Below, one piece after another: positions 12,173-25,679 of a stretch of 64,000 bases of DNA. Source of the DNA: Octopus sinensis (lineage: Eukaryota); assembly GCF_006345805.1 (NCBI RefSeq), contig NC_043003.1, positions 21,762,001-21,826,000 of the forward strand, in the 5' to 3' direction. The notes beneath the pieces were generated by a model. It did no database searches. It was not told where the DNA came from and saw only the letters and a list, made by a program, of their open reading frames with translations. Numbering within the stretch: the stretch's first letter is position 1; each line of letters starts with the position of its first letter. A program made the position numbers and the translations under genes.

Positions 12173-13082
12173 CTTTAAAAGAAAGAAGAAAAGAAAGAAA
12201 AAAGGTAAAAAAAAAAACAAAAAAATTATTACAGCAACAATTCAAAAAAAGAAAAAAGAAACCCTGCCCCGCTATAGTTGAGACAGAAAAAAAATATCAT
12301 TACAATTATAGAAGTCCCTTCCTAATGCTAACCACTCTGAGAGTGTAGTGGGTGCTTTTACGTGCCACTGTCACGAGGGCCAGTCAGGCGGTACTGACAA
12401 CGGCCATGAAAAAATTGTGTTTTTTTTTTACGTGTCACCTGCACACAGGCACAAGTGCCAGTAAGGTGATGCTTATAATGATCACGCTCGAATAGTGCTT
12501 TTTACGTGCCACCAGCACAAATGCCAGTTAGCTGCTCTGGCAACAATCACGCTCGGATACTTTATAATTACAATCTGTAAATAGATCAGTAAAAATATGC
12601 AAGATTTTTCTAAAGTTCAACAAGTAACAGGTATCATTTTTGTTATCCAAATTCCAGTAGTGGCACTTTGTTTCTTTGTTAGAAACCAGCTCGTTCTTTA
12701 TAGGAAGAATTCAAAGCATCAAAAGAGAAAGAAAGATATATACAAACATACATACACACAGCGGCCTTCCCCAACAGTTTCCATCTACTCACAAGGAATT
12801 GGTCAATCCAAAGCTACAGCAGAAGACACTTGGCCAATATGCTGTATTGTATAATGGGATCAAGTCCCAAGCAGTTGTGAAATGAACTTCAGAAATACAT
12901 GGTAATTAATGTCTGCACCTAAATTATGCCTAAATTAATGAAGAAGTAAGAAAATGAAAGAGAAAGAAAAAGGAAGATAAAGTAAAAGAAGAAGAAAAAG
13001 GAAAAGAAAGAAAAAAGAAGGAAGGAAAGGCAAAACAAAACAAAAAATATATAGGGAGAATAAGAGAGGAAGGTTTGTTCCT

Positions 13083-13373
13083 TCTTGAGCTATGCCTGGC
13101 TCATAGGGCTGGTTTTCCGGTTTCCTTGGCGTATAGGTTCCCCACCTGGATGGGACGCCTGTCCGTCGCAGGTGAGCTGCAAAATGCAGGAGGAAAGAGT
13201 GAAAGAAAGTTGTGGTGAAAGAGTCAGCAGAAGTTCGTCATTACCTTCTGTTGGAGCCGTGTGGAGCTTAGGTGTTTCACTCATAAACACACACATCGCC
13301 CGGTCTGAGATTTGAACCCGCAATCCCTCAACTGCAAGTCCACTGCTCTAACCACTGGGTCATGTGCCTCCAC
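13083..13373 (-). mobile_element. tRNA-derived SINE (family D)
   Basis: Head gtggaggcacatgacccagtggttagagc...gggttcaaatctc (A/B boxes); central gcgacggacaggcgtcccatccagg block; different tail. Confidence 0.75.
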
Positions 13374-13512
13374 AAGAGAGGAAGGAAGAGAGGGAAAAAA
13401 GATACTCCAAGAAAGAACTTGAAACTGTCTTTTTTTTCCATACAACTGAGATTTCTTGTTTACAAATGTACCTTCTAATACTGTTAAATATAATCATGCA
13501 CACTTCACCTAC

Positions 13513-13622
13513 CAAAGTTTTCAGCTCCCAGCTTCTTGGCAATTTCTAATCCTTTTTTCACTTGAGCAGCAGCATAAGCAAAAACATGGGCATTGGGACT
13601 AGTGCTTGCACCAGTCATATAC
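13513..13622 (-). CDS. xylA: xylose isomerase exon 6 ([36 protein letters not shown]), 110 nt
   Basis: Acceptor cattttag|, donor G|gtaggt. Hallmark GA.T....[11 protein letters not shown]. Confidence 0.97.
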
Positions 13623-14007
13623 CTAAAATGGTAAATCAGAACTTTCCATTAGACATAAATTCAGGCACAAAACCAAAAAGTATGAGATGATGATGCATAG
13701 ATTCTTCCATTGACAGGTGGTAAACCAAAGTTACTAGTATAAAACAGACATGGTTAATAATAATAATCCTTTCTACTAAAGGTGCAAGGCCTGAAATTTT
13801 GGGGGAGAGGACTAGTCGATTACATTGACCCCAGCACTCAACTGGTACTTCATTAATCGATTCTCAAAAGAATGAGAGGTAAAGTCAACCTCGGTGGAAT
13901 TTGAACTCAGAATGTAGCAACAGGTGAAATGCCGTTAAGCATTTTGTCCAGTGTACTAATGATTCTGCTAGCTCTCTGCTTTACTACTACTACTACTACT
14001 ACTACTT

Positions 14008-14038
<31 letters not shown>

Positions 14039-15561
14039 TAAAAAAATAAAATTTTAAAAAAACAGACAAAGCAATCTGAAATTCTGCAGTGAGTTCATAG
14101 AATCTTTTCTTTTTTATGTATTTCAGTCATTGGACTGCAGCCATACTGGAGCACTGTCTTGGAAGTTTTAGTCAGATAAATCAACTCCTGCATGTATTTT
14201 TTTTTATGTCTGGTACTTATTCTATCGGTCTCTTTTGCCAAAAAAGTAAGTTACAGGATGTAAACAAACGAACGTTGTCAAGTGGTGTGAGAGGATATAC
14301 ACAAAGACACATATATATTCATATAGGACAGGCTTCCACAAATTCACTCAAGGCATAAGTCCACAAGGGTTACAATACAAGACACTTGAAGGGCCATGCA
14401 GTGGGACTAAACCTGAAACCACATGGTTGCAAGACAGGCTTCTTAACTACACAGCCATTTACCACAAGGTATAGGAAGTCTAACTTTCAATACTGTCTCT
14501 GATAATGTTGATCCCAGTACTTCATATGATACAAATCTTATCAAGCTTTATTTATTCAATGGCTAGGAGGCACCCCAGCATAAAGGGGCATAACTCAAAC
14601 AGAATAAATACGACAAGTTACTGGTACATTATCAGTGCTTTTATTTCATTACTATAATGTACCATAGACCATGTCTATGGATTTATCAGCCAACACTGTG
14701 TTATGAGGGTGCTAAAAAGATTCAAAACATATGTAGAATTGTTCCTTAATTTTCTGTCAACAAATATATTGTATATATGTATTGTTTACAATCATAGCAC
14801 AGAATGTTGGTTAAAAAATCTTTAGCTATGTTCTATAGAATATTATAGCACTGAAACAAAACCCTTAATGCACCAGCAATTAAGTGTTCGATCTAGATGC
14901 CAAGAAAAATGTTCTCTGCAGTTTATTTTAATCTATAACATTAGTAAGTTTACAGGCAGTATATTCATGAATAGTTAAAGGGGAGTACACAGTTGCTGAC
15001 AACAATTCCAGTAAGACTCATCAAAATATATGTATAACAGCTCTTTGAGAGGACCAGACTCCCTTAAGTTAGCTGAACCCATGCTCAAAGTGCTAAATAC
15101 TGAAAAATAATGAATATGAATCTGTCTTCATTTGTGATAATTTATGATCTTTTTTTTTTCTTTTACTTTATTGAGATTAGTTACCACCCTTAGATTTAAT
15201 ACTGAAGAATGTTGTTTTGTTAAATCTGAAAATGGCTAAATTAAAAATGATAAAGAATGAACATACTGTTAAATATATCACTTTATAATGAATTTATTCA
15301 GTCATATAGCCATGCATGTTTCTAATTGGTCAAAGTATATTTCCCAAAATGTTTGCATTTGTTGAAAATCTCTGATCTGATATTTAAATAATCCACAGAT
15401 TTATTAATTGAAAACAATCTCATACTCATTAACCTTAGGGTTACATGGTTACAACTGGAATATTTTTGATCATTGATTTATTTGATCAAAGTCGACTTAG
15501 GCTAAATAATATCAACAACATATTGAAAAGAATTTTCCATTTCTAAAATGATTGTACTTAC

Positions 15562-15699
15562 CGTGGATGCGCAAACAAGTTGCATGTAGCCCAGAGCAGT
15601 TTCACACCGGTTTTTTTCTGAAGTTCCTGAGCAAGATCTGTTAGCTCATCTAAGTTTTTATTTGTTTCCTCCAAAGTAGAACCTTCAGGAGCAATGTCT
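15562..15699 (-). CDS. xylA: xylose isomerase exon 5 (DIAPEGSTLEETNKNLD...KLLWATCNLFAHP-R), 138 nt
   Basis: Acceptor tgaatag|, donor CG|gtaagt. Lies within ORF 15558..15965. Confidence 0.97.
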
Positions 15700-16354
15700 C
15701 TATTCACAGAAAGATTGAAAGTTTGTTTCAATAATTGAAAATCTGCATTTAATCTCAAATTAAAAATCATAGAAATCTTTTGAGAATATTTTGTTGATTT
15801 AAATTCAAGAATTTTACTGAAGAAGGCTTTTGTGCCACACAAAATACCTGAATGCAAAAGGTAAAACAAGGTCAGGTTAAAGGTTTCACTATCTTTAGAC
15901 ACAATCATCATCAAGTTTCCCATGCTGGCATGGGTTAGACAGTTTAACTGAGACTGGTAAGCCAAAGAGCTGTACCAAGCTCCAGTTCAATTTACCTTGG
16001 TTTCTGCAGCTGGATGCCCTTCCTAACACCAACCACTCCAAGAGTGTAGAGGGTACCTTTTACATGTCACCAGCACTGGCCATGACAATGATTTCACTTG
16101 GCTTGATGTGTCTTTTTGAGCAGAGTAAATTGCCAAAGATCTTGATCACTTGTCATCACCTCTGTGAGACACAACATCCAAAGATCATGCTTCACCACCT
16201 CATCTCATGTCTTCCTGGGTCTACCTCTTCCATATCTATGTGTGTGTATATCTACTTGTTTTGGCACAGCATGATAGATGGAAATGAGTGTCATTCATAT
16301 CTAATATTCTACAAGAACATATCTAGTCATGAGGAAATATTAACTTGCTTAATA

Positions 16355-16595
16355 GGTGCAGGAGTGGCTGTGTGGTAAGTAGCTTGATTACCAACCACAT
16401 GGTCCCGGGTTCAGTCCCACTGCATGGCATCTTAGGCAAGTGTCTTCTACTGTAGCCTCAGGCCGACCAAAGCCTTGTCAGTGGATTTGGTAGATGGAAA
16501 TTGAAAGAAGCCCGTCGTATATATGTATATATATGTGTGTGTGTGTGTGTTTACGTCCCCGTAACTTAGCGGTTCGGCAAAAGTGACCGATAGAG
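16355..16595 (+). mobile_element. tRNA-derived SINE (family A, with internal TA/TG microsatellite); representative copy
   Basis: Head ggtgcaggagtggctgtgtggtaag...gggttcagtcccactgc. Further copies at ~43134-43527(-), 43628-44015(+), 47575-47955(-), 56279-58160(+, split) and many partial copies. Confidence 0.85.
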
Positions 16596-17138
16596 TAAGT
16601 AATAGTCACTGGATTGCAGCCACACTGGGGTACCACCTTGAAAGGTTTAGTCAAACTAATTGACCTCAGTACTTATTTTTAAATCTAGTACTTATTCTAT
16701 TGGTCTCTTTTGCTCAACTGCTAAGTTACAGAAATATATACAAATCAACACCGGTTGTCAAGTGGTGGTGGAGGACAAACACACACACACACATATACAT
16801 ACACATATATATATACATACATACATACATATATATATATATGACAAGCTTCCACACAGTTTCCATCTACCAAATTCACTCACAAGGCATTGATTGATCC
16901 AGGGTTATAGTTGAAGATGTTTGCTCAAGATGACATGTAGTGGGACTGAATCCAAAACCATGTGGTTGCTCAGTGAGCTTCTTAACCACACAGCTGTGCC
17001 TGCACCTACATCTGAAAAAAAAAGTGGATTCATCATAGCAGAAATGCTTTTGGTCACAGTTATACTCATCCAAGATGAACTAAAGCTAAACAACAGCCTG
17101 TTGAGGATTTGCAGACACTATATAATAATACATTATAC

Positions 17139-17280
17139 CTGTCATGGAAACACCAGTGTTTTATTCCCAGCTTGCTGAAAAATTCGAACGCTGCCCTTAA
17201 TCTTCGCTTAGCGTTTGCTATTGTGTTGCTGTTGTCATCCCATGGTCGGAATAAGGTTGGAAATCCAAAAGGATCCGCTC
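17139..17280 (-). CDS. xylA: xylose isomerase exon 4 (ADPFGFPTLFRPWD...AAFEFFSKLGIKHWCFHD-R), 142 nt
   Basis: Acceptor ttttactag|, donor AG|gtataa. Contains the catalytic His motif FHD. Confidence 0.97.
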
Positions 17281-18689
17281 CTAGTAAAATAAATACATAC
17301 TGGGTAACAGTTTGTGAAGTCTTTTTAGCGTTAATGAAACAGTTTTACTTTACATTTGGTATTCAAATACTATTTTCCCTCACTAGTTTTGCACCAATGT
17401 GCTAAAATTTCTTTTTTTGCAATTGTGTGTGTTTGTATGTGTAAATATAACATCGGGAGGTTTGAGAGCTGAATGCATATTTATTTAACCAAGTAATTTC
17501 CATAGGATTACGGCCGTTTGGAAACTTTTTTTATATAATATTAATTTCAGCATACAAGAAATTGTGCATACATATTTACATTAATATGTATGCTCAGCAT
17601 TCATCATCGTTTATCATCTGCCTTCCATGCTGGCATGGGTTGGACAGTTTTTCAGGAGCCTGCACCAGACTTCTGTGTCTGTTTTGGCAGATTTCATATG
17701 GCTGGATGCCCATCCAAACACCAGCCATACAATACAATTGTATATTCACAAATTAATGCAAATAAAGAAAGCTAGCTCATCAGATCACCAAAACATCATG
17801 GTTACATCAACAGTTCAACTCTAAATATACACAAAATTTACTCTTTATATATACAATGTATGTACAAAATTACATTGGTTTGGTCAGTAAAAGGTAAGCA
17901 TTCTAGTCAAAATATATTGTGTTGCTGTTATTACAAAAAATTTTCATTACATTTGAACACCTCCATATCAAATAAGTAAAAAACCATACTTAATTTAAAC
18001 AAGATAACAAAATGTAAAAAAAAAAGATAGTTAAAGATAACATAAAGTAGAAATAAAAGAAGGAAAATATAAGCAAATAATGTAAAAACATTTTGTACCA
18101 AAGTAATTATATAGATGGATAAGTGGGGAACAAAACAGCTGGTGAATTGAAGATTCTCCAGAATTCATGGATGTATGCATGAAGTCAGAGAAGTCAAACT
18201 AATACCAAGAGATTGTGTTCAACAACAATAAACTTCTATATAAAGCCAACAATAATAATCCTTTCTACTATAGGCACAGGGCCTGAAATTTTTGTGGAGG
18301 GGGCCAGTCGATTTGATCGACCCCAGTACGCAACTGGTACTTAATTTATCAACCCCCAAAAGAATGAAAGGCAAAGTTGACCTCAGCAGAATTTGAACTC
18401 AGAACATAACAGCATATGAAATACTGCTAACATTTCTACCAGCTTGCCGCCTTGAAGTTAACAATAATAATAGAAACACAATGTACATGACTGGGATTCT
18501 TACCTTATACTGACCAAATAAATCTAATTTTGTGTAGTTCTGGCCTTCCATATCTGAAGTGGTCTTTCATACTTGAATCTCAAAAGTAACATTAGTCTTC
18601 TTTGTTTTTATTTTTTATTTTTTTCATAAGTCAGTATTTTGCTGCTCTTGTCATAAAATGTCAGCACTAATCTTACATCTAATTATTCA

Positions 18690-18960
18690 GGAAGTTTCCT
18701 TTCACACTCAGAGCTGCTGAAGCATGGAACAAACTACCTACATCAGTTGTTAGTTGTCAAGACATTGCATCCTTTAAAACCACCATTCTTCCTGAAATTC
18801 GTGAACACTACACCTGATATCACCCCTCCATATGCATGCACACATGTATATCATGACTTAAAACACTGTTCTTTCCTGACTTTTGTACATAATTCTATGT
18901 ACTATGCATGCACCTTTAATGAGTTATAGTGCACCTGGGCACTATACACAATAATTTTCT
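18690..18960 (+). mobile_element. CR1/L2-type LINE 3' fragment
   Basis: Same family as 1800-2260. Confidence 0.7.
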
Positions 18961-18992
18961 TCTTCTTCTTCTTCTTATTATTATTATTATTA

Positions 18993-19460
18993 TATGTTTG
19001 ACTTTTGCTTTACATTTGTACAAGTTGGCTCCAAGTCTCACCCAGAGACCTCAAGAGACAACAAATTGGAAGTTTATGTTGGTATTATGCCTAGGGTGCC
19101 ATATATTTTGTTTTGTACTTAGTGTTGTATTAGTGAATGTCTAAAAAACCATACGAAAATTATGTTTGTTTTAAAACTTGAGATTACATAGAAAGTATTT
19201 TGCGTAGGATATGAGCAGTTCCCATGAGCACTATCTTTTGAATTTCTGCCATTTTGGGGTTTCCTGGTATCTGAATTAGGTAGCAATCAGCCCTTTTTGC
19301 TATCATTCCCAGGGCACCAATGACAACAGGTATTGTTTTAGTCTTCAGGTTCCACATTTTGCTGATTTCTATTTCAAGGTCTTTATATTTGCTCAGTTTT
19401 TGGTAGGTCTTGATAGATACGTTTATATCGATTGGGACAGTCATATCAATGAGGAGGTAT
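18993..19460 (-). mobile_element. 5'-truncated R4/Dong-like non-LTR retrotransposon (restriction-like endonuclease C-terminus plus 3' UTR)
   Basis: LIDMTVPID.NVSIK..QKLSKYKDLEIEISKMW...IPVVIGALG...IQKIVLMGTAHILRK; flanked at both ends by (TAA/AAT)n. Confidence 0.8.
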
Positions 19461-19554
19461 TATTATTATTATGATCAAAACAGATTTAGGAATTTTAAGA
19501 CACGTTAGAATTAGTTAAGAAACTTTGTTCAGAATTATATACTCCCATACTGAC

Positions 19555-19627
19555 CTGTTCCACGAAATGTGTGCCAGAAGCAGACAGAAAACCTCAGCCA
19601 CTCTTCCATTGTTTTTCCATAAACAAC
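19555..19627 (-). CDS. xylA: xylose isomerase exon 3 ([25 protein letters not shown]), 73 nt
   Basis: Acceptor ttttaatag|, donor G|gtcagt. Hallmark GKTM...LRF....WHTF. Confidence 0.96.
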
Positions 19628-19929
19628 CTATTAAAATTAAAATATATATTTATGTTATTCTTTTACTTGTTTCAGTCATTGGATTGCAGCCATGCTGGGA
19701 TTACATTCATTAAATATTGATTCATTTTAAATTAGTTTGTAGTAATTTTTGTCTGGGGAGGTACGTTTAATCAAATCAAGCCTACTATATTACAATACCA
19801 CACTATCTCCACATCTTTGATGTGTTTTATTTTTCCCTACATCCTGTGATGCACCTGGACACATCATCAATGATATTTCCTGGGGTCATTAGGAGTTTTG
19901 GGTTTTTCAACATCAGATACCTTCATCCA

Positions 19930-20230
19930 AGCAATTAGCACTACCTTGATAGCACTTCCCTTTCAAGGACTCACACCTCTTGATCTACAGCCACCTTGAG
20001 GCAACCTTGGCTACCTCTACAGCTAACCTGATGGCCTTTTGTCTACTTGCCCCTGTGGTACCAAGCATGATGTAGGCTCTGAAGAGGGACTCCCCTGAAA
20101 ACCCTAGATGGAATCAAACCTCGCTTGCCACCCTTTCCTTTGGCATAACTGCACTTGCTCAGCATATTTCCTCCTCCTCTTCTCATTGGTCTCCAGTAGA
20201 AGAGGTTAGTCCACCATCAATAATTACCCA
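19930..20230 (-). mobile_element. Degenerate Hero/NeSL-type RLE LINE 3' fragment
   Basis: Frameshifted CQRKGWQARF...GFSGESLFRAYIMLGTTGASRQKAIRLAVEVAKVASRWL*IKR. Confidence 0.55.
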
Positions 20231-21522
20231 TGCCAACATTTTATTGTATATCACACAATTTCAGGGTCATATCTGAAGCCTAAACTAGGGATAACCCTAT
20301 TTTTTTTCATCCCTAAAATACGGATAACCATATTTTATGACAAGAGCAACAAAATACTGACTAGTGAAAAACAACAAAAACAAAGAAAACTAATGTTACT
20401 TTTGAGATTCAAGTATGGAAGACAACTTCAGATATGGAAGGCCAGAACTAGACAAAATTAGATTTATTTGGTCAGTTTAAGGTAAGAATCCCAGTCAAGA
20501 ACATTGTGTTTCTATTATTATTGTTGACTTCATCTAGAAGTTTATTGTTGTTGAACACAATCTCTTGGTACTGGTTTGACCTCTCTATCTTTATGTTAAA
20601 GATAAGGAGGGTCACCTCATGTGCTTGGATATACAATGCATTATTTAATACAACAACTTACTATTTTAGTGAAGTTAGCTCTCAGTATTCTTTAAATATT
20701 TATCATAAGTGACAGCTACCCATTAGTTCTAATGGTGGTGGTTGCTTGGTTGCATGTTAACTCATATAATCTATGACCAAAGGTATCCTAACTGTAACCG
20801 TCCCGTCTTTTTAGAGGTAATCATCACTTTTTAACGTCCATGTTTTGGACAAAGTTTATTAAGGTAGATTTTCTACAGCTGGATGCCCTTCCTGTCACCA
20901 GCCCTCACTGTTTTCAAGCAAAGTAATATTTCCCCGTAGCCAGCTATGTTTATGCAGAATATTGGAAATGAATGATACAGCTTGTATGACAATGAAATAC
21001 ACATCTATTATGTTGTCAAAGGAAGGTGATGTTAACAGACACACACTCAAACACACACACATACATGATGAACTTTGTCCAGTTTCCATCTACCAAATCT
21101 ACTCACAAGGCATAGGTTGGCCTAGGGACATGAAAGAATACACTTGCCAAAGGTGCCCTCAATGGGACTGAACCTGAAACCATGTGGTCACAAAGCAAGC
21201 TTCTTAACCACACGGCCATGCCTGTGCCTATAAAAATAGAATAAAATTTGTACAAAAGTTCTTTGCAATCTAAAGTAGTTTATGATGATAATGTGAAAAA
21301 GTTTTGCTTTGTGACAGAATATGTGAACTATGATTTCTTGAGTACATGTAAACCTGAAAAATTATCAAGATAATTTTGTCAAGTATCTCATGGCTCCTAA
21401 AAATAATTTGAATTTAGAAAAAAAAGATTAGATTATCTGAAGTATCCACTTTAAATAGTGCATGGCGTCAATGAACAAATTCTGTTTTTGCACATTTTGA
21501 ATATGCACAGAATGGGTACATC

Positions 21523-21569
<47 letters not shown>

Positions 21570-22495
21570 AAGTAACAAACTAAGGAAAGGAATCCTTCAA
21601 AGTGGTGCGTAAAACATCCAATTCATTGGTACATCAGTTGAATACCACGTAAATATGGGTATAATATGGTGACTCAGGCACTTTGGGCATTCGGACTTAG
21701 CTTGAATATAAATTTAGTAAAGTGAACATGTATTTGCAAGCTCATTTTAATTTCTGCCAACACTTCAAGTATGTAATTGAAGCCCATAACTTGGGCTCCT
21801 TTCATTGAGCCTGGTCACAGTTAATTTTTTTTTTTGTTCAGCATCTGGCAGTCATTTTAGAGATACCCTGTGTCAAAAAATATCATTTGTAGCAGACGTT
21901 CTCTCGACATTGCTCACACATGCCTGACTTGGGCTCAGAAGTTACAGCCTAAGTTGTTATTTATATTTATAAAAATTAAAAGTAATTCAAATGCAATGTT
22001 TTCTTCAAACAATAAATTTCTATAGAGATTAGGATTTAAATTCCAATCTATAAAAAGTTTACGTTCTACAATTTTCTTAAAGGAATGAAAAATTATCCAA
22101 CAACTCAGGCTAAGACAAATGAGATTGCAAGATGTAAAAGACGAACTAGCATCTCTTGTCAAGAGTACAAGCGACAACCAGATTGCTGATGTTTGTTGTG
22201 CACTATGCTGTCTTTATTTGATAACAGTTATTCTGTGCATCTGTGCGTAATGACCAGTTGTGTTTTGCAGGGTAGCTTTATTTTTACCCTGAATTTAGAA
22301 ATGGAGAAAGACATAGTGCTAGATATAAAAAAAAAAAGCCATTTGGGGCTATAAATATTGTGGAAAAACATCAAATTCTTCAAGCAGGCATATGTCTTAT
22401 GCAAAATCTGTGAAGAGACCAAGTGACGAAATCTGTGATGAGCCCAAGTGAAGCTGATGACCTGACGTCGTCTCTGGTGTATATATATATATATA

Positions 22496-23583
22496 TTAGG
22501 TCATCTCATAGATAATGGGATTTTTTATACTTTATTTATCTTTCGAAATTAAGATAAACAAAGTTCTTTTTTAATCTAAAATATACTCTCCCTCATTTTC
22601 TACACTGCTCTTCCATCTATCTTGTAGACTTGCAAGGCCCCTCTTGCCAAAATTCACTTGTCCATGACGTTTCTCCAGTACTGTTCTGAACTTGTCTACA
22701 GAATTCATATTCTTTCTGTCTAAATGATTTTGAAGACTGCAGAATAAATGATAATCACATGGGGCAATGTCCAACGAATACGGTGGGTGGGGCATCGTTT
22801 CCCATTCAAAATGCTCCAGCTTTAGGAATGTCGTCCTCGCTGTATGTGGCCGAGCATTATCCTGATGGAATAACACCTCTCAGTTTGGAACCAAAGATGG
22901 CCATTTTTCTTCTAGCACTGACTTAAGCTGCTAAAGCTGCTCACAGTAGATCTCCTTTGTTATCATTTGGTTTGGATTTAAAAGTTCAAAGTGGACTAAA
23001 CCTTTCATATCCCACCAAACAGATAACAACACCTGAAGTGCAATTAGACTCAGATAGTTTGTGAGGAACCCAATTTGCTGAATTTACCGATGGCACGCAG
23101 GTGTCGATGAATGGTCGAATGATCAAATCCAAGCTTCCCTGCTAGTTCCTCAACAGTTATGATGGGATTTTGTTCCGCCAGGGTTTGCAGAATGTCCTTG
23201 TCAAGCTCCATGGATCTTCCAGGACGAGGCTCATCTTCTAGGTTGTAGTTTCGGGCTCAGAATTTCTGGAACTACCATTGACACTGGCTTATGCTTATTG
23301 TCCAATCCCCATAAACTGTATTAATACCCCTCGCACTTTCTGTTGCGTTTTTGCGTTTATTGAACTCATAAAGCAAAATATGTTGAATATGCTCCTTTGT
23401 CACTTCCATTATAGCTTTGAAAAAATAATTGCTAAAATTGAACTGCACTCTTCAAAACTTGCACTAAGAATAAGTACTACCTGATTTTATAGTAAGTTGA
23501 TGCAGGTAGTTTATCTCATCCTCCTCTGACTTTTAGTTCATGCAGTTGAAAAAAAAAACCACATTGTTTATGGGATGACCCAA
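22496..23583 (-). mobile_element. Mariner (Tc1/mariner) element, both TIRs, decayed transposase
   Basis: TA|ttaggtcatctcatagataatggga and its imperfect inverse ..acattgtttatgggatgacccaa|TA. Remnants of LEDEPRPGR, (W)VPHKL, HQDNARPH and HPPYSLDIAPCDYHLF. Confidence 0.9.
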
Positions 23584-23654
23584 TATATATATATTTGTGG
23601 ATTTGCACAGATGGGAGATGACATTATGCTGGGCAAATGTTTTGTAGAATTTAC

Positions 23655-23731
23655 CTTTGTTGGGTTGTAGTGTTTAAACACCATAGTTTCAGCAGGTCCA
23701 GCATCAGGTTGGAATGGTATTTTTTCAATAC
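23655..23731 (-). CDS. xylA: xylose isomerase exon 2 (G-IEKIPFQPDAGPAETMVFKHYNPTK), 77 nt
   Basis: Acceptor tatttcag|, donor AAG|gtaaat. Corresponds to the KI.Y.....F..YN segment. Confidence 0.92.
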
Positions 23732-24178
23732 CTGAAATATGATAAAAAATATATTTTTAAATAAAAATCAAAAAATTCTCAGGCAAATATAACATTCTTA
23801 AACATGGGATATCAAGTCGGTGCAGAAGTAAGTGAGTAAGATATGTTATTTTCTGCTGACTAGTTTAGAGGCAAAAGTTCCTTCATTCAAATCCTGTCAT
23901 GGCCAGTGTAACAATTTATCCATCCAAGACTCATAAAATATAACTCCCAGATTAACAAAATAAAAGAAGGATGAGCCAAGCAAGTGATACCAAACAGACA
24001 GGTGCTTAACATAGCAGTAAAATCGTTTTGGCTTTCAATTTCACCCCAGTCTGTTGGGGAACAAAACTGTAATACATTACCCTATTTATCAGCAGAGAAG
24101 TGTCTCACATAAAAACTATGAATATGCTTAAGAACCATGAACCAAAAATCTGGTCTTGATAATGAAATAACTGTGGGT

Positions 24179-24398
24179 GAACCCTTTTGGTACCATATTT
24201 TCCTTAAACTACTCTGCCATTGTTTTAACTAAGTTTGAAAAAAGTGAAATACTTAGTAAAATAATTTTGTCATTATTAAGCAAGTGTTTAGAACACAAAC
24301 TAACATGAAATTTTGATTTAAATTAAGTCATTTAAAAATGAAATTTGCATCACAGAACTAGGGGCCATCTCTGGTTGGTTGGTATCAACAGGGTTAAG
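24179..24398. mobile_element. Non-autonomous MITE with TTAA/CCC-type ends (piggyBac-like)
   Basis: Degenerate left end aacccttt, right end cagggttaa; related sequence at ~29560-29780. Confidence 0.5.
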
Positions 24399-25679
24399 AG
24401 TGTTGCTATCAAAGTACCCAAGGCTGCCTTGGATTTGATGACAAAAAGTCATTCATAATAAAATGCTAATTTAACATTGAAAACATGCAACATAATTTTA
24501 TGTGAGAATCTTTCATTAGGTTAGGTTCCAAACATCAGTTTAAAATTTTGTTTACTAAATTCTTGATTACTTTCAAAATTAAGTTATAAACACAAGTGGT
24601 ATGAGAGAACATACGAAATGACCATTGTACATTCTCTCATGAAGACAGTGGCTTGAGGAATATGATAAACCAAGTTGAATACATACACTCACACACATGA
24701 AATTCTGACTGCAAAGGTATTTATTGTGTCATTACAAATGTGACATGAAAGAGTTAATTAAGCACAGTAACTTTAATTAATTAGGCACAGTAACTTTAGT
24801 TAATGCAATCAGTTTTAGTATATCACTGAAATAAAATGTTTCATTGCTTGAAAACCAACTCAGTTCCATGAAATGAGTGCAGTACTGGAACCAAAGACTA
24901 GCTGAATTGCATGTAATAAAACAGCTTATTGGTTCAGTCTACAGGATCTAATATGCTATGATATTCAACTCAGTCATGTATGATGACAAAATTGTGATTT
25001 ATCACATAGGCACAAAGTTTCAGTTTTATAGGAAGCAGGGAGATGTGATGTTCATTACTTTCTTTCTCAGATTCTTTATATAATGTGTCTACAGGTGTTA
25101 GCATTCAGGAACCTCCATGTCAAAGATTGAAAATTCATGATTTTCCTTGAGAAAGATACAACAGTGATTTCCCATTGCCTTTGTTCTAGTTCATTTACCG
25201 TTTACTCTGTTAGTTTCCTGCTCACCCAAGCTTACTGTTGAAGCACAAAGACTGATTAATGTGACATCAGGGTATGTTCACACACTGGTGATCCTAATGA
25301 CACATATTTAGGGACCATCCCTCTCATGACATTATACACAGGACTATCTTCTACTATTCAACCAATAACTAGGATCCTTGACAGGTACCACCACTTCAGG
25401 CTAGAGTGAGCCTAAAAATAGTGGTAACTAAGCAGTAACTCCGTACTCCCCTAAAACTTCCAAAATGGAGTCTCATTACTGGCTGCAGTTTAACCCTTTA
25501 GCATTTAAATCAACCATATCTGGCCCAAATGTTCTGTTTTATATTCAAACTGACCAGGTCTGGCCTCTCACACTTACCCTACAATATCATTCTAAAGCTA
25601 AACAATTACATTATCATAATCTCAAAGCTACAAGATAATACATAATTAATTTAAAACAATGCAAATAAATAAGCATTAA

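Noticed and set aside
13300-13373. tRNA genes at SINE heads (also 16355, 36710, 41710)
   Set aside because: A/B boxes are present, but they run directly into SINE bodies and lack a complete cloverleaf or acceptor stem.
22405-22470. Hammerhead-like motifs (gTGAAGAgaccaagtgacGAAA; also acgaaatctgtga at ~42902)
   Set aside because: The core lacks the C of CUGANGA, stem II is mismatched, and helices I/III are not evident. Possibly decayed Penelope-like ends, but not supportable.
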